IMG/VR virus record: IMGVR_UViG_3300003937_000295
Location: 1 to 56,040 of that record
DNA: 56,040 nucleotides
From: a virus
Lineage: Duplodnaviria > Caudoviricetes
Strand: one strand, 5' to 3'
A program made the translations under genes and the position numbers. Shown here piece after piece: positions 8,784 to 16,961 of the stretch. The notes beneath the pieces were generated by a model. It saw nothing but the letters and a program-made list of their open reading frames with translations, was not told where the DNA came from and did not search any database. Numbering within the stretch: position 1 is the first letter of the stretch; every line of letters starts with the position of its first letter.

Positions 8784-10517
8784 TTACTCTTCAGTTGTCT
8801 CTTCTACATTCTTAAGTGTTACTAACTTACCCATTTCTGGGAAGTAAAGATATTCAATCTTACTATTCCTCAAGGTGTTGATCGCGTCTTGAAGAGTTTC
8901 AACTAGTGGTTCGCCACCAAGATTGAAACTTGTGTTGAACAATATAGGAACATTAGATAATTTGTAGAACTCGTTAATTAAATCATAATAGTTTTTATTT
9001 TGTTCTTCAGTTACTGTCTGAACTCTACATGTTCCATCGACGTGAGTGATAGCAGGAAGTTCTCCAATCGCTTTTGTTTGAAGTTCTACTGCATACATCA
9101 TATATGGAGTTTCATCCATACCACGAAGGTCAAACCACTCACTAGCGTGTTCTTTGAGTACAGTTCCTGCAAAGGGACGGAACCATTCACGACCTTTCAC
9201 ACTATTAACAAAGTCTTTGCCATTGGTATCTGTGGGGTCATAAAGAATAGAACGATTGCCTAATGCTCTAGGACCTGCTTCTGATCTTCCTTGGAACATT
9301 GCGACAATATTCTTCTCACTAATCAGTTTAGCGATAGAAGCATTATCTGCATCAGACATTTCAATATCTTTGAAATACTTCAAGTCTTCTACAGTGTACT
9401 CGTAGTCTGGTCCAAGATAAAGAGTAGTCAATGGATCAGTTTCAAAATCAAGGTTTTGATTTTTACAATGCTGATATGAGTTATGCTTTGCCCAACCAAT
9501 AGAAGTTCCGCCATCATGTGCTACTGGGTCAACAAAGATATTAAGTTCGGGGAACCTTTCTTTGAAATAATAATTTGCAACACAGTTTAGACCATAACCA
9601 CCAGAGATAACAATATTCTCTTCGCCAGTAATATCTACTGCCTTCTCAATTAAATCGCCAACTCTTTCTTGCGTTTCTTGTTGAACTTTCCATGCAAGAT
9701 TTTTTGCAGCATCTGTAACTTTTGAAGGATTATGATGCCAATCTCTTGAATCTTCAGTTTTCTTCAGATAAGGAATTCGTTCAGAATCAATAAGTGCTCC
9801 TGCTGGATAATGAGGCATAAAAACATTTTTATCACCTCTTCCAGTATCTTTATAGAAGAGATTTGGAATATTTGGATCTTCTTTACCATAAGGTGCAAGA
9901 CCCATAGTTTTTCCTGCATCAATAAATCCAAAATTAAGATATTCTGATACTGCTTCGTATGCTTTTACGGTAGTTACAGTGCCATCAATTTGAGAGTCTG
10001 GTGCATCAATATGGGGAATACCATTATTTGCTCCAATCTTATGAACTGCTTTAATTTCATCATAAGAGCACTTGTAAATTGTTTCAGTTTCAAATGCCTC
10101 AATACTATCTTTTGGATCATGAGAAAATCTAAAGTTAAAGATACTACCGCTACCATCAACAATGACCGCAGCTGCTGTTTCAAAACCAGAATTGTAGAAC
10201 GCACTGTACGCATGACCGTCATGATGTTTTGATCCAACTCTAGAGATTTTTACATTAGGATAATACTTTCTAACTAGAGCACCATAAGAATCTTCTCCAG
10301 TCCAGGGAAGACGATGATTTTCTTGTCCAGTTCCTGCAATAATAAGTTCATTAATGAAATAACTATCCATAATATACATCATTGCACGAAAGGGATTACC
10401 GTCATATTTTTGACGAGTCATTCTTTCTTCTTCAATATAAAGTTCTAACTTACCATCAGATACAAGGGCAGCAGAACCATTATGTCCAGGATTGATTGCT
10501 AATACGTTGTAAGTCAT
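8784..10517 (-). CDS. NodU/CmcH-family O-carbamoyltransferase
   Basis: GHN.SAAL, EEER, HH.GHA, DGSG, GKTMGLAPYG, GPRALGNRS, HVDGTCRVQTV, NTSFNL.GEP. Confidence 0.93.
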   Translation of the reverse strand: MTYNVLAINPGHNGSAALVSDGKLELYIEEERMTRQKYDGNPFRAMMYIMDSYFINELIIAGTGQENHRLPWTGEDSYGALVRKYYPNVKISRVGSKHHDGHAYSAFYNSGFETAAAVIVDGSGSIFNFRFSHDPKDSIEAFETETIYKCSYDEIKAVHKIGANNGIPHIDAPDSQIDGTVTTVKAYEAVSEYLNFGFIDAGKTMGLAPYGKEDPNIPNLFYKDTGRGDKNVFMPHYPAGALIDSERIPYLKKTEDSRDWHHNPSKVTDAAKNLAWKVQQETQERVGDLIEKAVDITGEENIVISGGYGLNCVANYYFKERFPELNIFVDPVAHDGGTSIGWAKHNSYQHCKNQNLDFETDPLTTLYLGPDYEYTVEDLKYFKDIEMSDADNASIAKLISEKNIVAMFQGRSEAGPRALGNRSILYDPTDTNGKDFVNSVKGREWFRPFAGTVLKEHASEWFDLRGMDETPYMMYAVELQTKAIGELPAITHVDGTCRVQTVTEEQNKNYYDLINEFYKLSNVPILFNTSFNLGGEPLVETLQDAINTLRNSKIEYLYFPEMGKLVTLKNVEETTEE

Positions 10518-11458
10518 TTTACTTTCTCCTTAATATCTTTTACAATTGCTTCGTAGATGTTATCAACATCTTTATCACTAAATTCCATACATCTATCATT
10601 CTTACGATCTGCTAGATGTGAATCTAAACCACAAATACGAATTGGTGAGTATTCTTTCTCTACGTTTTCATTTTCAATAATCTGAAAATGATCTGGATAT
10701 GTAATGTTTACTGCATGTGTTGAACCAAGAATAACTGTTCCTGGTTTATTAAATGCTCGTGCCATATGTTGACCAACACTATCACAACCAATAAAGTAAT
10801 CGCACCCCTCAATAATTGAAGCCCAACCACGGAGATCCATCTGTAGTTTGGCACTAATTTGATCCTCTTGAGAAATTAACTGTGCATATTCACCTTCTCC
10901 CATAAAAACAATATTATACTTTTGAGAGAGTTTTTTTACAAGTTTATAGTAGACTCCTGGTTCCAAAGATCTACTACTGTCATCAATAATATCCCCATTA
11001 TCAATTCTTGCTGACCTACCAAAAGGTTGAATTACAATAGTAAGATTTTTATTTTGTTTATTTTTAACTTCTGTAAGAATATTAGAGGCGTTCTTTTCTT
11101 CTCCTTTGCTTAAAACTAACTCTGGAACTCCAAGGTCAGAATGATCTTCTGTTTCGTTGATAAGTTTATCAAAACCCTCTACAAGAGAACACTTTTGATT
11201 GAAATATTCCCAGATTCTATAAGGTTCTGGAGTAATAATGTCAGAATCTTTTAATAAGTTTTTAAAGATTCCTTTTACATCAGAACTATAAACTCTGTCT
11301 TGAAGTTCTGGAATACCCCAAAATAAAGTATCCCAACCGAAAGCAATCGCTGCCCAATCTTCGTCAGGATGGTTTCTTGCATATTTTTTTAGTGCTGGTA
11401 TTGCGGCAATAGCCCGTCCCGCTCCACCGTCAATGGCGAACACCTTTCTTCTTTTCAT
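10514..11458 (-). CDS. GT-B glycosyltransferase, GT9/heptosyltransferase-like
   Basis: GGAG..IAAIPAL, IQPFG, FIGCDSVGQHMARAFNKPGTVILGST. Confidence 0.78.
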   Translation of the reverse strand: MKRRKVFAIDGGAGRAIAAIPALKKYARNHPDEDWAAIAFGWDTLFWGIPELQDRVYSSDVKGIFKNLLKDSDIITPEPYRIWEYFNQKCSLVEGFDKLINETEDHSDLGVPELVLSKGEEKNASNILTEVKNKQNKNLTIVIQPFGRSARIDNGDIIDDSSRSLEPGVYYKLVKKLSQKYNIVFMGEGEYAQLISQEDQISAKLQMDLRGWASIIEGCDYFIGCDSVGQHMARAFNKPGTVILGSTHAVNITYPDHFQIIENENVEKEYSPIRICGLDSHLADRKNDRCMEFSDKDVDNIYEAIVKDIKEKVK

Positions 11459-11495
11459 AAAATAAAACCAAACCTTTAATGTGATTCATTTCACT

Positions 11496-11502
11496 TATTT
11501 AT
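11496..11502 (-). promoter_or_regulatory. T4-type late promoter for GT/carbamoyltransferase operon
   Basis: ATAAATA about 38 nt upstream of the GT start, just after a terminator. Confidence 0.55.
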
Positions 11503-11510
11503 TTTAAAAC

Positions 11511-11538
11511 AAAAAGGGTGGTTTTGCAACCACCCTTC
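11511..11538 (-). terminator. Intrinsic terminator
   Basis: AAGGGTGGTT-GCAA-AACCACCCTT followed by T run. Confidence 0.88.
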
Positions 11539-11555
11539 GGATATCCGCCTTATTC

Positions 11556-11978
11556 TTAAGACTCTGGAATATCTTGTAGATAATAATCACCCGTAGTGGT
11601 TAATCCAACCCATGATGTAGTTCCGAGACCAACAGGATCTCTTACTTCTGCGATATATCGAATTGCATCTCCTGGATACTGTGATTCATCTGGAGATAAT
11701 GGCCAATCTGCAATCATAAACTTATTTGGAGCACGATTATGTGAAGGTAAATCACGAAGTGCTTGTCTATAAGTTTTCCAATCACTAGAAATACCAACAC
11801 CTGTTTCTGATGCTTTTACAACTCTCCAATCAGTTTGTGATAAGAGAGAATCTCTATAGTATCGAAGATCAACTGTAGATCTTTCAATATCATAACCATA
11901 TCCAAGTGATTGTGCTTCTAGTTCATTTTGTACATTTCTAGTTCTACTGATAGAACCGTCTAAATTGTAAGTTGCCAT
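11556..11978 (-). CDS. Tail fibre assembly chaperone-like protein
   Basis: RDSLLSQTDW..WKTYRQALRDLP..WP motif. Confidence 0.75.
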   Translation of the reverse strand: MATYNLDGSISRTRNVQNELEAQSLGYGYDIERSTVDLRYYRDSLLSQTDWRVVKASETGVGISSDWKTYRQALRDLPSHNRAPNKFMIADWPLSPDESQYPGDAIRYIAEVRDPVGLGTTSWVGLTTTGDYYLQDIPES

Positions 11979-12003
11979 TTGATTATTATATCAGTTGAGT
12001 GTA

Positions 12004-12729
12004 TTAGGATTGAGTGTATCCACTATATGCCGATGAGCGAAGTCTCTTACCATATATTCTAAATGAACCGCAGTGACATATAATGCAACTACCGCCATAA
12101 TCCAATGCTACCTTACAAAACTCTTCCCAGCAAGTCCTGCAGAGACAATTTTCCCACCCATTAGTGTGTATCTCTTGACAAACAGACCACGTACAAGTTG
12201 AAAAACATACTCCAAAACCTGCACTTGGATTACATGCAGGTAAGAAAGGAAACCTAGCAAAACATCCTACATAATTTCCACCCTGCCAACATGCGGTCCC
12301 GGTCACTTTGATACAATGAAAACATAATGCTTGGGTAAAACCAAGAGAAGTGGGAGCTGGATCGCCCTCATACTTATAAAACCCCGAACAGCAAGTGCAA
12401 TAGCAATCCTTATTTCCAATTTTCATGGACAGATTCATTGCAGCAGTAGCCTGGCCATATAAACCATTCACTTCCAATTTATACGCAGTAAATTTGCAAT
12501 TATCTGCATCTGCAGTGCTTGGAAATGTAAATTCAACACAAGTGCCATAACATTCATCTATACCATTGCATTCACATATCAACTCCCAATCAGTTCTGAT
12601 ACAACAAATGTTTGTTCCATCGCCTGCAGTAAGTGTACCAGTATAAGATGGAAGGAGAGTGCAAACATTACTGTCTCCATAAGTGGCACCACCACCACTA
12701 GAACCTGCGCTTCTTAAAAATCTACTCAT
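12004..12729 (-). CDS. Cys-rich virion/fibre-tip-type protein
   Basis: About 27 Cys in 241 aa; ends in GSFRIYG fibre-tip-like motif; upstream of chaperone. Confidence 0.65.
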   Translation of the reverse strand: MSRFLRSAGSSGGGATYGDSNVCTLLPSYTGTLTAGDGTNICCIRTDWELICECNGIDECYGTCVEFTFPSTADADNCKFTAYKLEVNGLYGQATAAMNLSMKIGNKDCYCTCCSGFYKYEGDPAPTSLGFTQALCFHCIKVTGTACWQGGNYVGCFARFPFLPACNPSAGFGVCFSTCTWSVCQEIHTNGWENCLCRTCWEEFCKVALDYGGSCIICHCGSFRIYGKRLRSSAYSGYTQS

Positions 12730-14636
12730 CCTTCATACCCCCAAACTTGAGCGGCGAGACCTTCAGTTGTATCATTATTAACAATAACACTTTCACCATC
12801 TGAAATTACAACACCAGTTCTTTCATAGTTATTTGTACTTACACCAAAGTCAAAATATCCACACTTTGGAACAACATCGTTAAAATTGTTGCAACTGGTT
12901 CTTAAGCAATTATCAAAGGTTTCATATTTAAATGTAGTACTAACATTCCACGTAAAGTCTGGTGCAACAGATTTCCAACTAATCAAATCTTCTGTTGTAA
13001 ATCTATCCCATTCTGTAGTATCATGATTATAAACTGTAATTGACCAGAACGGATTTGCTTTTGGAGACATTCTATAAAGACACCCAACACACATCAATGG
13101 AGTTATATATTTAGTTGCAGTCATTACTGATGGGAAGTCTGCAACTTTCTCAATATAAGGACTGTCCGTAACTGTAGTCCTTTTAAAGAATGCATTTTGA
13201 TTTTCTGTCCCTTCTTGAGTACAAATACAAGTGCCGGTGCAGAGGCCCTCACCAATATAATCTGCAAACTTATATTCGAAAATTCCACAGTTAGCTTGTT
13301 TCGACGATCTTACCATAAAGTAAGTTTTTTCAACAGAGACCTTGGGATTATATGCAAGGTACTTAATTGGATATTCACATCCAGATGAGTCTGGAACAGC
13401 AATATCTAACACTTCCCAATTTACACAGGAGCATAAGCTCAGTTGTTGCTGAAATTGACAACCAGGATATGCACTAAGGTATCTCGTAACTCCGCCACAA
13501 GTTTTCATTGCAAATAATGATTCACCATAAGTTGCTGCTCTTGCAACTCCATACGGAGACATAAGATTTGATGTACCCAGATTACAACAAGGTTGATTGC
13601 ACGCCATTACGCCATCTCCGCACACACTAAGTGCAACTGCTAGACGGTTCTTGCATGTACCCAAGCAGCAACAGGGTATTAAATCTCGAAATCCAAAGAA
13701 GCAAGTGCTTACAGCACAGCAACATCCTCCAGCAAATACTCTGAGCGCACAAAGGTATGTACCATTAGCTGTTCCGACTTGTCCACAGCACCCTGCAAAA
13801 AATCCGACAACTGGTGGTTGCAAAGTGCCACTCTCTGCCCCGCCGCACCGGCAAACCAGGCAGACGGCAGCAGTTCCTATGCACACTTCACCTGCATTTT
13901 TTATATAAAAAGGTGGAGCATAACTATTAATCGCATATAGACTACACTCAGTGCAAGCAGTGGGAGTGGAGAAATATGAAAAACTTTGATGATAAATCAT
14001 ACATGGCGAACTAACATTCACATCCCCATAACCAAAATTAGCACCAGCGCAGTCGCACTGTGGATTTATAAACATTGCTCCTGCAAATTCACAGCAACAG
14101 CAAAAGTTTTTAGAACCAATAAATAATGGTCTAATCCCATGACAATCGAATGTCATGAATGCATCTTTATGAACCATCCTGTCCGCACCATTCGTAATCT
14201 CAGAACGATCGGCAAACATATCCTCACCAGGCAAAATACGTTCACTACCACCATATGGAGCTGGTGATAGAAGTGCAGTGCCTGCGATAGAAGTTCTAGT
14301 TCCATTAGGGTTCATGAAACTAGTTGGTCTTGTAGATACCGTTCCGCCAATTGCAGTGGATGATTGTATCCATGCGCCATGAGGATCGGTTTGTCCCGTA
14401 CCAGCAACGGTAATTGCACTAGTATCTTTGAAACAGTTAGTACCTACTGCTTCGTTTTGACTGGATACTAAACAATATGCAGTCGTACCTGCTGCAACAC
14501 TGATTGTATTATTTACAGAAGCATTCAGTCCTTGAGCACCAATTGAAATTGAAGCTTGACTACCAGAACTATTTTGATAAATCTCACAAGATGAGTATGC
14601 CGGAATACACTTAAATCCTAATCTTCCGTTAGCCAT
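12726..14636 (-). CDS. Cys-rich virion-type protein
   Basis: About 47 Cys in 636 aa; termini (MANGRLG / YERTGVVISDGE..VWGYE) resemble a small phage structural domain. Confidence 0.65.
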   Translation of the reverse strand: MANGRLGFKCIPAYSSCEIYQNSSGSQASISIGAQGLNASVNNTISVAAGTTAYCLVSSQNEAVGTNCFKDTSAITVAGTGQTDPHGAWIQSSTAIGGTVSTRPTSFMNPNGTRTSIAGTALLSPAPYGGSERILPGEDMFADRSEITNGADRMVHKDAFMTFDCHGIRPLFIGSKNFCCCCEFAGAMFINPQCDCAGANFGYGDVNVSSPCMIYHQSFSYFSTPTACTECSLYAINSYAPPFYIKNAGEVCIGTAAVCLVCRCGGAESGTLQPPVVGFFAGCCGQVGTANGTYLCALRVFAGGCCCAVSTCFFGFRDLIPCCCLGTCKNRLAVALSVCGDGVMACNQPCCNLGTSNLMSPYGVARAATYGESLFAMKTCGGVTRYLSAYPGCQFQQQLSLCSCVNWEVLDIAVPDSSGCEYPIKYLAYNPKVSVEKTYFMVRSSKQANCGIFEYKFADYIGEGLCTGTCICTQEGTENQNAFFKRTTVTDSPYIEKVADFPSVMTATKYITPLMCVGCLYRMSPKANPFWSITVYNHDTTEWDRFTTEDLISWKSVAPDFTWNVSTTFKYETFDNCLRTSCNNFNDVVPKCGYFDFGVSTNNYERTGVVISDGESVIVNNDTTEGLAAQVWGYEG

Positions 14637-14684
14637 TTACTTTAAACTCCTGAACATAAGTTTACTAATATTAACTGACATTTA

Positions 14685-14891
14685 TTATCTAGCACCTAAA
14701 AAGTATACCTTCCCTTCACCAATACCCGATGAATTAGCATCAATTGCTTGTTTAACCCTGAGAGGGGTCATAATTTGATCATTATTGGTAGCAGTCTCTG
14801 CTTGTGCTTGACTTGCGATACTAGAAACGGAAGCAATTGATAGGACCCTACTGTCATTAATAACAGTAGTTCCTGATATCTTAATGGCCAT
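14685..14891 (-). CDS. Small virion structural protein
   Basis: MAIKISGTTVINDSR N-terminus; ASQAQAE..MTPLRVKQAI fibre repeat. Confidence 0.65.
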   Translation of the reverse strand: MAIKISGTTVINDSRVLSIASVSSIASQAQAETATNNDQIMTPLRVKQAIDANSSGIGEGKVYFLGAR

Positions 14892-14923
14892 TTTCGTGTC
14901 TCCACTAGGCGTTAACTATATTG

Positions 14924-14931
14924 TATTTATA
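14924..14931 (-). promoter_or_regulatory. T4 late promoter TATAAATA
   Basis: Perfect consensus overlapping the upstream stop codon; precedes the Cys-rich operon. Confidence 0.75.
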
Positions 14932-16504
14932 ATTGTTTCTTCTCCAACTCCTCCACTCTTGTAGAGAGTTCTTTCACTGCTTCAATCAGAACACCAACTA
15001 AACCATTATAATTAACAGATTTAGTTCCTGTGTCTGTTCTTTCAGAAATAAGTTCAGGAAATAACTCTTCTACTTCTTGTGCAATGACCCCAAGAGACTT
15101 TCTATCATTCACTTTCCAGGTAAATCTAACACCATTCAGTTTTTTAATTAAATCAGTGGCATCGGTAATAACTTCAATATCTTTCTTTAAGTTGATATCA
15201 GAAGTTGCATTTAAATCTATAACAGTCAACTGACCAGTAGCAGCATTATAAGTTAATGCACTTGCATCAGTCTTTGGTGCTTGGTTTCCTGTTGCAACTG
15301 TAGCAAATAAAGGAAAGCAAGTTGTATCAGAACTTTCATCGGCAAGAGTAATGTTTGTTGCATTAGTTGCCGTGGTTGATGTGGTTGCATTACCACTAAA
15401 TGTTGTTGCTGAAAGTGTACTAGTAGCAGCATTGTAAGTTAATGCACTTGCATCAGTTTTTGGTGCTTGATTGCCCGTCGCATCTGTAGCAAATAGAGGA
15501 AAACAAGTGGTATCAGAACTTTCATCAGCAAGAGTAATATTTGTTGCATTAGTTGCAGTTCCACTTAAAGAACCAACAAATGAAGTTGCAGTAACAACAC
15601 CAACAACTATAATACCAGTTGAATTGGCAGTTACAGCAGATCCAACAGTTACAGAAGTTGCAGTAATAATACCACTGGAAATAATATTACCAACATCTAA
15701 AGAACCAGCACCAAGATCTAAAGATCCAAGACTTGCTGTCAGAATTCCACTTATAGTTGCATTATTAGTAACAGTAAGATCCGCAACAGAGATAGAGTGT
15801 CCTGTTAAAACACCTACATTGAATGGTGAAGCATCGATCCATTGTTTTGATGTTCCATATCCAACTTCACTTTCATCATAATAGATGAAAGTTCTAGCGC
15901 GGTCTGGACTATACCAAAGGTCACCGCCGCTAGGGGTAGGCGGTGCAGTTGTACTAATACTAATAGAACCGCCGCCACCGCCACCAGTGATGTTAATTGT
16001 GGTGATACCAGAAACTGGAGCAGTGATTGTAGAAACACCTGCTCCCCTAAAGTCAAGGAAAGTAATTCCATAACCGGCAATTGAACCTTCTGTTCTGACG
16101 CCAACACCAGCGACAATACCAGTTAGACTTCCACCATCACCATAGTAAGTAACAATACCACTTGCTGCTGTTACAATACCAGAAGCAATTTGTACGCTGC
16201 CTATTGTAGCAGCAGTACCAGTAATGTTTGTGATGGCACCATTAACAATTGTACCAATACCTGTTACATTGATATTCGTAGAATCCAAATCTACAAATGT
16301 TGTATCATTCGTAACGTCAATTGATGCGAAAGTTGCAATTCCGCTTACATATAAATCTGTAGCACCAATTCCACCATTAACATGTAAAGTATAATTTGCT
16401 ATCGAAGTTCCAATACCAACTCTGCTGGTATCAATGTCGGCAAGAATGAGATTTGTGTTTACCTCTAGTCCGTTTTTTACAACGAAATTCTTATTTACTG
16501 CCAA
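14927..16504 (-). CDS. Tail fibre with C-terminal intramolecular chaperone (Peptidase S74-like)
   Basis: TTG start with GGAG SD; KNFVVKNGLEV N-terminus; TSDINLKKDI..GVIAQEVE..KSVNYNGLVGVLIEAVKEL. Confidence 0.88.
   Translation of the reverse strand: MAVNKNFVVKNGLEVNTNLILADIDTSRVGIGTSIANYTLHVNGGIGATDLYVSGIATFASIDVTNDTTFVDLDSTNINVTGIGTIVNGAITNITGTAATIGSVQIASGIVTAASGIVTYYGDGGSLTGIVAGVGVRTEGSIAGYGITFLDFRGAGVSTITAPVSGITTINITGGGGGGSISISTTAPPTPSGGDLWYSPDRARTFIYYDESEVGYGTSKQWIDASPFNVGVLTGHSISVADLTVTNNATISGILTASLGSLDLGAGSLDVGNIISSGIITATSVTVGSAVTANSTGIIVVGVVTATSFVGSLSGTATNATNITLADESSDTTCFPLFATDATGNQAPKTDASALTYNAATSTLSATTFSGNATTSTTATNATNITLADESSDTTCFPLFATVATGNQAPKTDASALTYNAATGQLTVIDLNATSDINLKKDIEVITDATDLIKKLNGVRFTWKVNDRKSLGVIAQEVEELFPELISERTDTGTKSVNYNGLVGVLIEAVKELSTRVEELEKKQL
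15238..15558 (-). repeat. Two-copy intragenic repeat, 186-nt period
   Basis: ATNATNITLADESSDTTCFPLFATxATGNQAPKTDASALTYNAAT occurs twice. Confidence 0.88.
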
Positions 16505-16535
16505 GGTTCACTCTCCCCTTGAGATACTTTTTAGT

Positions 16536-16547
16536 TATTTATAAATA
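16536..16547. promoter_or_regulatory. Bidirectional late promoter palindrome TATTTATAAATA
   Basis: Perfect TATAAATA on both strands between divergent genes. Confidence 0.8.
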
Positions 16548-16571
16548 TTAGAAAAGTAATTTATAAAAACT

Positions 16572-16961
16572 ATGGCATCCCAAGTATTGAGCGGAACTGG
16601 TGACGTAACATACACCAATAATACTGGACAGAATGTTAGAATTGTGACTAACTACATGAAGTTTACTAATAGTAGTACCATTGACTTCGGTAGCATTACT
16701 GTATCATTTGGTGGTGTATCAACCACTATAAGAACTTATGGCGGCACCATCGGAAGAGGTATTGCAGGAACTACACGAGACACTGGTAGTGGAGCAACCG
16801 CTAGTCAAAATTTTGCAAAAGATATTTTCCAATCAGGAGAAATTGAAGGTGTGCCATTGGAACTCATAATCGCACCAACTGAAACATTTTCAGTTGTAGG
16901 ATCTGCAGGGGTTATAACCATTGCAGCGTATAATATAGTGGTTATTCCCGAAGCGGGTTAA
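16572..16961 (+). CDS. Small virion structural protein
   Basis: MASQVLSG..YTNNTGQNVRIV..YNIVVIPE, recurrent cyanophage pattern; late promoter upstream. Confidence 0.65.
   Translation: MASQVLSGTGDVTYTNNTGQNVRIVTNYMKFTNSSTIDFGSITVSFGGVSTTIRTYGGTIGRGIAGTTRDTGSGATASQNFAKDIFQSGEIEGVPLELIIAPTETFSVVGSAGVITIAAYNIVVIPEAG

Noticed and set aside
12004-14636. Cys richness as a sign of an alternative genetic code
   Set aside because: Cys are ordinary TGT/TGC codons, and conserved genes read normally with all three stop codons in use
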